Virus record (IMG/VR): IMGVR_UViG_3300033146_002242
Coordinates: 54,288-118,287 of that record
From: a virus
Strand: one strand, 5' to 3'
Length of the DNA: 64,000 nt
The notes beneath the pieces are model-generated. The model had not been told where the DNA came from. It ran no database searches and was given only the letters and a program-made list of their open reading frames with translations. Positions 48,837-57,925 of the stretch are shown one piece after another (the first letter of the stretch is position 1; every line of letters begins with the position of its first letter). The translations under genes and the position numbers were made by a program.

Positions 48837-49452
48837 TAAATCATTCTTTGAAAAAGAAAATGTTATTATATCAAATGAAGGTGCTGAACCTAGTTTGAAA
48901 TATATTATGGCAAAATATTATTCATTTTATTTTAATCACGATATGGAAGCAGGTTTTAAAATTGCTGAAATATATATAGAAAAATTATTACAGGAAAATA
49001 TGTTAGGAGAAAATTTTATGGATACTTTTATTTTAAGAAAAAGATTTAAATTACCAATTGGGCATAGATTATCAAAACACAATGGTCTTTGTAAAAACAT
49101 ACATGGTCACAATATTGTTTTAGAGGTGGCTCTTAAATCGTGTATATTGGATAAAAATGATATGATTATTGATTTTTCTGATGTTAAAAAATTAATGTTA
49201 GATATAATTGAATCTTTGGATCATTGTTGTTTATTAAATGAAACTGATATTGATGAAATAGAATTTATGAAAAAAAGAAATATGAAAGTTATTCCTTTTT
49301 CTGGTGATCCAACAGCAGAAAATTTATCAAAATATGTATATCAAAATTTAAAATATCAAATTGAAAACACAGAAGGATTACAACATGTTTCTGTGTATGA
49401 AGTTAGAATATGGGAAAATGAAAATTCTGATATATCATATTCTTGTAAATGA
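48829..49452 (+). CDS. queD: 6-carboxytetrahydropterin synthase
   Basis: GHRL..H.G.C.NIHGHN, MIIDF, LDH..LN, PTAENL, WENE; probable internal start ATG 49018. Confidence 0.88.
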   Translation: MIDKSFFEKENVIISNEGAEPSLKYIMAKYYSFYFNHDMEAGFKIAEIYIEKLLQENMLGENFMDTFILRKRFKLPIGHRLSKHNGLCKNIHGHNIVLEVALKSCILDKNDMIIDFSDVKKLMLDIIESLDHCCLLNETDIDEIEFMKKRNMKVIPFSGDPTAENLSKYVYQNLKYQIENTEGLQHVSVYEVRIWENENSDISYSCK

Positions 49453-49465
49453 GTGAGGTGGATAA

Positions 49466-49726
49466 ATGCTAGATAAATTGAATATTTCAATATCTAGATA
49501 TAATATATCTATGTTATGTCATATTTCATATCTTTGTGGTTTTGGAGCATGTTTTTGTTTGGTTTTTGGATTATTAATTATAATACCTCAAAAATATATT
49601 ATTTTATTTTTATCACATACTTATTTATTAATTGGGTTATCTATTATTTATTCAGTATGTATTTTTATATATATAAAAATTTCCATGATATCAAAACGTT
49701 TAGAAAAAAATAAAATAATTTTTTAA
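49466..49726 (+). CDS. small membrane protein
   Basis: two hydrophobic segments; GAGGTG RBS. Confidence 0.55.
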   Translation: MLDKLNISISRYNISMLCHISYLCGFGACFCLVFGLLIIIPQKYIILFLSHTYLLIGLSIIYSVCIFIYIKISMISKRLEKNKIIF

Positions 49727-49738
49727 TCAAAGGAATGG

Positions 49739-51169
49739 TTGATGGATAAATATTTTGTATTTCAAGATAGATTGGGTTATAGAATACCCGCTAAATTCAA
49801 AGATCAATTTTATTATCAAAATATTAAAAAACATTTAACTATTAAAAGTAGAGATTATTTTTCAAAAGAATATATCACAAATAAATATTATTATGAAACA
49901 GATAAAGCATTGTTGTTACCAAGATTATTTCCTATTAAAAAATATATTCATCCAGAATCTATAGCTCCAAAAGAAACTTATAAAGCAAAGAAAATAAAAA
50001 TAACATCTAAAATAGTACCCCGTAATGAATTACAGAAAGATTCTATTGAATATTTAATGACTCACCCAAATACTTTATTACAATTATCCCCTGGTTCTGG
50101 TAAAACTATTATTACTATTGATGTAATATGTAAATTAAAATTTAAAACTATAATTTTTATTCATCGTGATGCATTATTATCACAATGGCATGACAGATTA
50201 ATATCATTTACAGATATAACAGAAAGTCAAATTGGTGTGTTGTCATCAAATACATATCAAGAAGTAATTGAAAAAGCAGATATAATATTAGCCACAGTTC
50301 AATCATTTAATGCTATTTTAAGAAATGATAAATATAAAATTGATTTTTTGAAAAGAATGTATCATTCTGGTATTGGATTGATGGTGGGTGATGAAGTTCA
50401 TACAACAGTTGGGGCCCCAATGTTTTCTATTGCATCTTTATTGACCCCTTGCCACAGAACAATTGGTTTATCAGCGACGCCTGATAAAAATGATGGAACA
50501 TTCAAAATTATTAAATATCATTTGGGAGAAGTATACGAAAGTCCATTTGAATCTGATACAATGCCAGCAGAAGTTCATGCTATATTATTTGATTTTGATT
50601 TATTAAAAGGTCGTGAACGTTGGCTATTTTGGAATGGACAATTTCAATTATCAAGATATTTTCAAATTTTAAGAAAATCAGATAGATTTATGATTGTTTT
50701 GGGTGCTACTATAGAATATTGTATAAATGAAAATCGACATTTAATAGTGATGTGTGAGAGAATTAAATTAATAGATGAATTAAAAAAACAATTTAAAGAT
50801 TATGATTGCACTTCGTTTACAGCATCTGAAAAATCTGATGTATTGAATCATAAAATTGTTTTTACAACCCCCGGTAAAATGCGAGATGGTATTGATGCAC
50901 CGTGGAAAGATTCTATTATTTTAACATCTCCAATATCTAATATTGACCAAGCAGTTGGAAGAATAGTTAGAACCGAAAAAGATAAAAAACAACCTATTGT
51001 TTTTGATTTGGTTGATACTGGAATTGATAAAATTTCATCAACATTTGTTAAAAATAGACTGCCATATTATAAAAAGAAAAAATGGAACATATTATACTAC
51101 ACATTAGAAGGTTCGAAAGTGATAGATATATCACAAGGAAAAGCTTTAAAATTAACAGGTGCGAAATAA
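49739..51169 (+). CDS. superfamily 2 helicase (UvsW-like)
   Basis: SPGSGKT, DEVH, GLSATP, QAVGRIVR. Confidence 0.85.
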   Translation: MMDKYFVFQDRLGYRIPAKFKDQFYYQNIKKHLTIKSRDYFSKEYITNKYYYETDKALLLPRLFPIKKYIHPESIAPKETYKAKKIKITSKIVPRNELQKDSIEYLMTHPNTLLQLSPGSGKTIITIDVICKLKFKTIIFIHRDALLSQWHDRLISFTDITESQIGVLSSNTYQEVIEKADIILATVQSFNAILRNDKYKIDFLKRMYHSGIGLMVGDEVHTTVGAPMFSIASLLTPCHRTIGLSATPDKNDGTFKIIKYHLGEVYESPFESDTMPAEVHAILFDFDLLKGRERWLFWNGQFQLSRYFQILRKSDRFMIVLGATIEYCINENRHLIVMCERIKLIDELKKQFKDYDCTSFTASEKSDVLNHKIVFTTPGKMRDGIDAPWKDSIILTSPISNIDQAVGRIVRTEKDKKQPIVFDLVDTGIDKISSTFVKNRLPYYKKKKWNILYYTLEGSKVIDISQGKALKLTGAK

Positions 51170-51418
51170 ATGTGGAATAAAATAGAAGAAAAACCGATAC
51201 CTAAAAATCGATATGTTTTGGTATCTGATGGATTATGTGTGCCAGAAATTGTTAGATGGCAAGATAAAAGGATACATCCATATAATAATTATAATACGAA
51301 ATTTTATGATATTCCAGCAGGATGGTTTAAGACTGATAAAACTCGTCTAATCAGAATACATAGTAATGATTTAAAATATTGGATGGATATTCCAAAAACA
51401 CCGAATCAGGAGGATTGA
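51170..51418 (+). CDS. DUF551-like small protein
   Basis: MWNKIEEKP...YWMDIPKTP. Confidence 0.5.
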   Translation: MWNKIEEKPIPKNRYVLVSDGLCVPEIVRWQDKRIHPYNNYNTKFYDIPAGWFKTDKTRLIRIHSNDLKYWMDIPKTPNQED

Positions 51419-51419
51419 T

Positions 51420-51677
51420 ATGGGTGGCAATGAATTTATAGATTTATATTTTAAAATCAATGTTATTGAAATGGCTAAAAAAGCATACACATCATATTGT
51501 GAATTTACTAATTTTAAATCTTTAGTCACAGGTGATGATTTACCAAAGTGGGATGTATTGCCAAATAATATTCAAGCGGCATGGAAACATTCTATATCTG
51601 AAACTATGGTAGAATGTATTAATGATATATTATGTAGTTATAATATTAATATTAAAAATAAGGATGATAACAAATGA
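51420..51677 (+). CDS. hypothetical protein
   Basis: GGAGG RBS; LPKWDVLP..IQAAW. Confidence 0.6.
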   Translation: MGGNEFIDLYFKINVIEMAKKAYTSYCEFTNFKSLVTGDDLPKWDVLPNNIQAAWKHSISETMVECINDILCSYNINIKNKDDNK

Positions 51678-52693
51678 ATAGAGCTGTTGTAACAGCAGAT
51701 TTACATTTTTCATTATATGGGCAAGATTCAAAAATGGAAAATGGTATGGGTGAAACATTATATTATTTAGATAATGTAATGAGAAATTCTATTTTGAAAT
51801 ATGCTGATGATGAAAATATTTCCAATTGTATTATAGTTGGGGATATTTTCCATAATAAAAGTATTATTCATGCAAAAGCATTAGCAGTATTTATTGATAT
51901 TGTTAATGATTTTTCACATATTAATTTTATACTTCTTGATGGAAATCACGATCATTCAAAAATGTCGGGTGATGATGTTACATCATTAAAATCTTTGGAA
52001 AATACACCAAATGTTAATGTTATACATGATGCTGTACAAAAAAATAATTTATATTTTGTACCGTGGAATAATAAATTAATTGAAAATATAAAAAATCCCC
52101 CCAATGGAGTTGATTATTTATTTTCCCATTTTGGATTAAATGAAGGCACACTAAGTTCTGGTATTTCAATTATTAGTGATATTGGTTTGAAAGATTTGAA
52201 ACCATATAAATATGTTATTTTAGGCCATTATCACAAACCACAATATATAAAAAATGATTTTTTAGAACTATATTATGTTGGATCTCCTATTCAATTAGAT
52301 ATGGGAGAAAGAGATGAAGAAAAAAGATTTTTAGATATTAATTTTGAAACAAATGAAATTAAATCTATTAAAACAGATGGGTATAAAAAATATTATAAAA
52401 TTGAATTAGCAAAACAAGATGCACAAATAATCAAAGAAATTGAATTTTTACAAAAACAAGGGCATGATGTTCTTGTAGAAATAACAAATGATATTGATAC
52501 ATCATCTATTCCAGAAAATGTAAGAATTGTTAATAAAGTAGATATTGATATAACAAATCGGGGTATATCATTGGATATGTCCGAGTCAGAACGATTAGAG
52601 GCATATTTAAATATAAAAGAAATACCAGATAATAAAAAAGAAGATTATTTATCAATTGCTAAATATATAATAAATTTCTCAAAGGAGAGTTGA
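51674..52693 (+). CDS. Mre11/SbcD-like nuclease (T4 gp47-like)
   Basis: ADLH, GDIFH, GNHD, SHFG, GHYH, GSP. Confidence 0.9.
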   Translation: MNRAVVTADLHFSLYGQDSKMENGMGETLYYLDNVMRNSILKYADDENISNCIIVGDIFHNKSIIHAKALAVFIDIVNDFSHINFILLDGNHDHSKMSGDDVTSLKSLENTPNVNVIHDAVQKNNLYFVPWNNKLIENIKNPPNGVDYLFSHFGLNEGTLSSGISIISDIGLKDLKPYKYVILGHYHKPQYIKNDFLELYYVGSPIQLDMGERDEEKRFLDINFETNEIKSIKTDGYKKYYKIELAKQDAQIIKEIEFLQKQGHDVLVEITNDIDTSSIPENVRIVNKVDIDITNRGISLDMSESERLEAYLNIKEIPDNKKEDYLSIAKYIINFSKES

Positions 52694-52694
52694 G

Positions 52695-55127
52695 TTGAAA
52701 TATATTAATTTTGTGTCAGTCAAATTTGAAAATTATTGTAATTATATAGATCCAATGGAATTTCAATTTGAAAATGGTAAAATAACATTGATTACTGGGC
52801 CAAATGGAATTGGTAAATCAACTATATTTGGGGCAATTCCATTTGCTTTATATGGTGTGACCCCAACAGGGCAAAGACCAGATGATGTATTGAATAATAA
52901 AACACAAAAAAATTGTAGAGTTGATTGTTTATTTGAAATAGATAATGACAAATATATGGTTAGTAGAACAGTGAAATATAAAAATGTTGGTTCTACAGCT
53001 TTTGTTTATAAAAAAGGAATTAAAGAACCTCTTGCAAAAGGGTATAGAGAAGTAACTAATTTTATTGAAAATTTATTGATTCCTAAAGATTTATTTCTTA
53101 ATACAGTATTGTTTGGACAAAAAGTAAAAACGTTTTTTACAGATTTACCAGATTCTAAACAAAAAGAAATTTTTAGAAAAATATTACAGCTTGATAATTA
53201 TGTAATGTATCAAAAGAATGTAAATTCTATAATGGATGATTTAAAAATTGAATTAAATGAATTACAACATAACAAAGATATAATTCTTTCTAAAATTGAT
53301 GTTATTAAGATTGATACTATTGATACTATAGAAGGAAAAATCAAACATAAATTAACTGAAATTGAGAATTTGAAATGGAATAACAATTTAATTAAAAAAG
53401 ATTTAGAAGAAGAAAAAGAAAAATTAATAAATTTAAAAGAATCTGAGATAAAACTAGAATTTGATAATTTAACGAATTTAATTAATTCTTGTAATAATCA
53501 ATTAGATAATTTGAATAGTTTATTAGATTCTAAAAAAAATGAACTTGAAAATGAAAAAAAATTAAAAATTTCTGAACACAAAGAAAAGATATTACAGATT
53601 GAGAAAACACAAAATGATTTAAAAAATAATATTATAAAAAAATTATCAAAAGCTGCTGAATCTAAAATTGAAATTAATCAACAAAAATTAGAAGATTTGA
53701 GAGAAAAATATCTTGAAGAAAAAAATATTATTGTTGATAATTATAATGAACAAATAAAAAAAATAAAAGATGAATTTGCACAAAAAATTGAATCTAATAA
53801 TTTTAAAATAAATGATGCCACGAATTTTATTAATGAAATAAATGTAAACCAATCAAAACTATCAACTGTTATTGATTTTGCTTCAACAAAAATAAAAGAA
53901 TATAAAAATGCAATTGATAATAAACAATCTATTTGTCCTACTTGTTTTCAGCAATGGGATGATGTTTCACATATACAAAAATTAATTGATGAACAAAATG
54001 AAATTATAATTGAAAAAACAGCTGAACTGAATAAACTATTAGATGATAAAAAACATTATCAAGAAATCATTAATCAATTAACTTCTGAAAACAATGAATA
54101 TAATAAAAATTTAGATTTGTTGATATCTGAATTAGAAGATAAATTTAATAAAGAAAAAGAAAAATTTGATTTATCTTTTAAAGAAAAGGCTGAATCAATC
54201 AAAATTTTAATTTCAGAAATTAAAGATCAATTAAAACAAGAAATTGAAAATATAGAGAAAGAATTTTCTGGTAAAATGTCTGCATTAAATGAAGATTTAG
54301 TTAGAATTGTTGATGAAATTACAATAGCACATCAAATTAATTTACAAGATGTTTTGGAAAAATTTGGTGAAAAAAGAAATAAAATTTTACTTGATATTAA
54401 AGATTATAAAGAAAAATTAAGTAATTTAAAATTAATATTAAGTCAAATAGAAGCGGTTAAAAATAAAATAACTACCTTTGAAAATGATATAGAAAAAAAT
54501 GAATATAGTATTAATGATATTAAAAAACAAATTGAGGAACATAAACAAGAAATAAATAATTGTGTGGTTAAAATAGAAAGTTTATATAATGAAATAGGGG
54601 AACATATTAATAGAATTGATGCTATTAAAGAAAATATTAAAATATGTAATTTCTGGAAGGTTGGATTTTCTTCATCAGGTATACCTTCTATGTTAATTGA
54701 TGAATCAATTCCTTTTATGAATGAAAGAATAGGAAAATATTTAGAACAGATGTCACATGGTAGATATCATGTGACATTTGATACATTAAAAGAAACAAAG
54801 AAAGGTGAATTTAGGGATAAAATATCAATTCATGTATATGACTCTGTTACTCATTCTAATTCCAGAGTTAATTTTTCTGGTGGTCAAATTAGATTAGTTG
54901 ATATAGCTACTATATTAACTTTATCTGATTTACAAGAAGATATTCACAAATTTAAAATTAATATATCATTATTTGATGAAATTTTCGATGCTCTTGATGA
55001 CCAGAATACTGTAAATGTTTCACATTTACTTAGAAAAGTTTTAATAAAAGACAAAGCTATTTGTTTAATTACGCATCGTTTAATTGACCAAATAGAAGCA
55101 GATAACATTTATGCATTAGAAAGTTAA
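52695..55127 (+). CDS. Rad50/SbcC-like ATPase (T4 gp46-like)
   Basis: GPNGIGKS, coiled coil, CPTC zinc hook, FSGGQ, LFDEIFD. Confidence 0.92.
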   Translation: MKYINFVSVKFENYCNYIDPMEFQFENGKITLITGPNGIGKSTIFGAIPFALYGVTPTGQRPDDVLNNKTQKNCRVDCLFEIDNDKYMVSRTVKYKNVGSTAFVYKKGIKEPLAKGYREVTNFIENLLIPKDLFLNTVLFGQKVKTFFTDLPDSKQKEIFRKILQLDNYVMYQKNVNSIMDDLKIELNELQHNKDIILSKIDVIKIDTIDTIEGKIKHKLTEIENLKWNNNLIKKDLEEEKEKLINLKESEIKLEFDNLTNLINSCNNQLDNLNSLLDSKKNELENEKKLKISEHKEKILQIEKTQNDLKNNIIKKLSKAAESKIEINQQKLEDLREKYLEEKNIIVDNYNEQIKKIKDEFAQKIESNNFKINDATNFINEINVNQSKLSTVIDFASTKIKEYKNAIDNKQSICPTCFQQWDDVSHIQKLIDEQNEIIIEKTAELNKLLDDKKHYQEIINQLTSENNEYNKNLDLLISELEDKFNKEKEKFDLSFKEKAESIKILISEIKDQLKQEIENIEKEFSGKMSALNEDLVRIVDEITIAHQINLQDVLEKFGEKRNKILLDIKDYKEKLSNLKLILSQIEAVKNKITTFENDIEKNEYSINDIKKQIEEHKQEINNCVVKIESLYNEIGEHINRIDAIKENIKICNFWKVGFSSSGIPSMLIDESIPFMNERIGKYLEQMSHGRYHVTFDTLKETKKGEFRDKISIHVYDSVTHSNSRVNFSGGQIRLVDIATILTLSDLQEDIHKFKINISLFDEIFDALDDQNTVNVSHLLRKVLIKDKAICLITHRLIDQIEADNIYALES

Positions 55128-55131
55128 AAAT

Positions 55132-55989
55132 ATGATACCCATTATTACAGTCATTGACAAAGGTTATTATGATTTATTCATGATATATTTACATAGTTTA
55201 AAACATTTGTCAAAAAATTTATATTTAATAAATGTTTTTTTAACAGATGAGCAACTAAAAAATATTGAAAAATTTAATGTTAATATTTTAAATGTTAAAG
55301 ATGAGCATGTTAGACATGCACAATATTTAAGAATACCAATTCCAATGTATTTAAAAGCACGTTTACAAGATTACATTCCACATGATGTTTTTTGTTTTAC
55401 AGATAGTGATATGTGGGTATCTAATATAAATGCATTTGAAAAATTATTGAAAAAACATATTAACACTAAAAAATTTTTAATAGTTGAATCAATACCTCAT
55501 ATTTATCAACATCAAAATTGTTTTTCAGAAAAACATCGATTAACTGTATATAATCGATTTTTTAAGAAAACAAATCATTATAATTCTTCATTTTTTATAA
55601 TAAATTCTGGATTTTTTATATCAAATAAAAATAATCCCATATTAGAAAAATGGTTTAAATATTATATAACAGAAGATTATATTGGGAAAGGTAAAGATCA
55701 ATTTGCATTAGAGACTGTTTTAAATTTAGAAAAATCATATAAATATTTTGATTTAGACAGTATAACATATCAATATAATTGGTTAATGTATTATGGTTTA
55801 CCTAAATATGATTTAGACCAAAGAAAATTTATTCACCCAATAGAAGAAAAAGAAATTTATATATTACATAATTTATTAATTAATAAGTGGAATAATATTA
55901 CTTTTCAAACTACTAATAAAAATATTACTGTAAAAACAGAGATAGATATATATGGAAAATTAAATTTAATTGAATCTAGGATTAGATAA
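55132..55989 (+). CDS. GT-A glycosyltransferase (GT8-like)
   Basis: TDSD (DxD), INSGFF, DQFALE, YNW..Y, ILH. Confidence 0.65.
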   Translation: MIPIITVIDKGYYDLFMIYLHSLKHLSKNLYLINVFLTDEQLKNIEKFNVNILNVKDEHVRHAQYLRIPIPMYLKARLQDYIPHDVFCFTDSDMWVSNINAFEKLLKKHINTKKFLIVESIPHIYQHQNCFSEKHRLTVYNRFFKKTNHYNSSFFIINSGFFISNKNNPILEKWFKYYITEDYIGKGKDQFALETVLNLEKSYKYFDLDSITYQYNWLMYYGLPKYDLDQRKFIHPIEEKEIYILHNLLINKWNNITFQTTNKNITVKTEIDIYGKLNLIESRIR

Positions 55990-56303
55990 TGAAAAAAATT
56001 GAATATTATTTAAAACCATATTTTAAAGTTTCTGTATTTGATATGACCATTGATATAATTATTAATGGTTATATCATTTACAGAAAAAAACAATGTAATA
56101 TAAAAACTATCAAAACTCATACAGGACCAAAGTTCATTTTCGAATATTATTTAGAAACAACTGAAAATATGGAAAAACTATTGGAATTTATATCTCCAGA
56201 ATTAATTAAAATAGTCAATAATAATTTAATATCTTACAATGGTGATGGAAATGAATGGACTGGTATCATCGACACAACCGACCTTAAAACAAATATCCCC
56301 TAA
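55989..56303 (+). CDS. hypothetical protein
   Basis: ORF track. Confidence 0.5.
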   Translation: MKKIEYYLKPYFKVSVFDMTIDIIINGYIIYRKKQCNIKTIKTHTGPKFIFEYYLETTENMEKLLEFISPELIKIVNNNLISYNGDGNEWTGIIDTTDLKTNIP

Positions 56304-57324
56304 AAACAAATTACAGATTGTTAATTGGTTATTAACTCGTAAGTGTAATTTAAATTGTTCTTATTGTGGACTTGTCAAAAATCCATTAACAAAAAAATAT
56401 AGTGGTATAAAACATTATCATGCTAATGAAATGTCACCCTTATATATAAAAAGTTGTTTAATTGAAGCATATCGAATCAATCCACATTGTTTTCATATTT
56501 TTTATGGTGGTGAACCTTTTCTTTATCCATATTTAGATGAAGTAATTTTATTTTGTAATCAAAACAATATATATTATACAATAATAACAAATAACACCGA
56601 TAAAATTAAACCTCTTATTAAAAAGGTTTTAAATAAAGTTGAGCGATTTTTTGGGTTATCGGCATCAATAGACCCGATAATATATACCGATAATACCGAA
56701 TTAAAATTATCTGATAGATATAAAAAAAGTATTGCGGGTTTACAAAATTTAAAAGCTTTAAAACCATTTGTAGATGATTTAGTTGCTGAAATAACTATTG
56801 ATGCATCTAATATTAAATCTGTATATAAATTAGTTGAACATTTATCAGAGAATGGTATATGGGCAAGTATTACTTTTATTGATGTTCAGAAAAACAAATA
56901 TTATGATTTTTCAAATATTTCTCAATCAAAAGTTGAATTGCAAAATATAATTATTTCTCAAACTGACGAAGTTTATGATTTATTACAATCTATGATAAAT
57001 GCTGGATTTTTAATTCATATGGGAGAAGATTTACTTGATAGAATATATAATATTTTGCCATATAATTTAGATTGTAAATTAGAAGAATACAACCATAATC
57101 TAACTATTGATGCTGATGGTACTCTTAGATTATGTTTAAGAATAAAAGGGGTGGAGTCACAAAAATATAAAGCGCTTGATTATTTTTTAAATTTTGAAAC
57201 ATGTCATTCGGCCATGATAAAAGATAAAAAAAATTATTGTAATGGATGTTGTTGGACATGTCCTATTATGAGTCGATTGGCTGTTGAAGAAGATATGGTT
57301 ACAGATATTTTACACAATAGTTAA
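56239..57324 (+). CDS. radical SAM protein with C-terminal Twitch/SPASM-like Cys cluster
   Basis: CNLNCSYC, GGEP, TIDADG..RLC, CNGCCWTC. Confidence 0.85.
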   Translation: MVMEMNGLVSSTQPTLKQISPKNKLQIVNWLLTRKCNLNCSYCGLVKNPLTKKYSGIKHYHANEMSPLYIKSCLIEAYRINPHCFHIFYGGEPFLYPYLDEVILFCNQNNIYYTIITNNTDKIKPLIKKVLNKVERFFGLSASIDPIIYTDNTELKLSDRYKKSIAGLQNLKALKPFVDDLVAEITIDASNIKSVYKLVEHLSENGIWASITFIDVQKNKYYDFSNISQSKVELQNIIISQTDEVYDLLQSMINAGFLIHMGEDLLDRIYNILPYNLDCKLEEYNHNLTIDADGTLRLCLRIKGVESQKYKALDYFLNFETCHSAMIKDKKNYCNGCCWTCPIMSRLAVEEDMVTDILHNS

Positions 57325-57336
57325 AGGAGAAATAAA

Positions 57337-57669
57337 ATGGCTATATTAGATAAAGCTATTGATTTTTTATCAATGGTTGCAGAAGATGATTATGTTTATA
57401 TTTATTTTATTAAAAAAAATGGTGAAAAACGATTAATGAAAGCTACATTAAATTTTAAAAAAATACCAAAAGAACATCATCCAAAAGGATATAATTTAAA
57501 AGGAATTTTGAAAAAAATAAAATCATCTAAAATGTTAAGTGTGTATGATTTAGAAAAACAAGGTTGGAGAAGCATCAAATTAGAAAAAATAATTTGGGTC
57601 AAAAATAGTAAAAATAAAATATTTGAGTTTAAAATACCCATGTCATCATTTCAAAATATAGGTGTTTAA
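57337..57669 (+). CDS. WYL/SH3-like domain protein
   Basis: F.KKNGEKR.MKATL ... VYDLEKQGWRSI. Confidence 0.65.
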   Translation: MAILDKAIDFLSMVAEDDYVYIYFIKKNGEKRLMKATLNFKKIPKEHHPKGYNLKGILKKIKSSKMLSVYDLEKQGWRSIKLEKIIWVKNSKNKIFEFKIPMSSFQNIGV

Positions 57670-57925
57670 TTTTATTAAATTGTTGCTAGGAGAAAATAAT
57701 ATGAATATTTCCACATTTGTTAAAAAACTTCGGAATATCCAAGATAATGTTTTGAACGATACTGATAAAGTTGTTTTAAAATTAGGGCAGATGGAATATG
57801 AAATTGATTATGTTTTGATTAATGAACAAGCAAATAAATGTGTTTTGAAAATTGATGATACTGCTGAATTGGATATTGTTCATCGAATTATCGAATCATA
57901 TAAAAAAACAAACGAAGATAAATAA
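57662..57925 (+). CDS. hypothetical protein
   Basis: ORF track; internal ATG after AGGAG. Confidence 0.55.
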   Translation: MFNFIKLLLGENNMNISTFVKKLRNIQDNVLNDTDKVVLKLGQMEYEIDYVLINEQANKCVLKIDDTAELDIVHRIIESYKKTNEDK

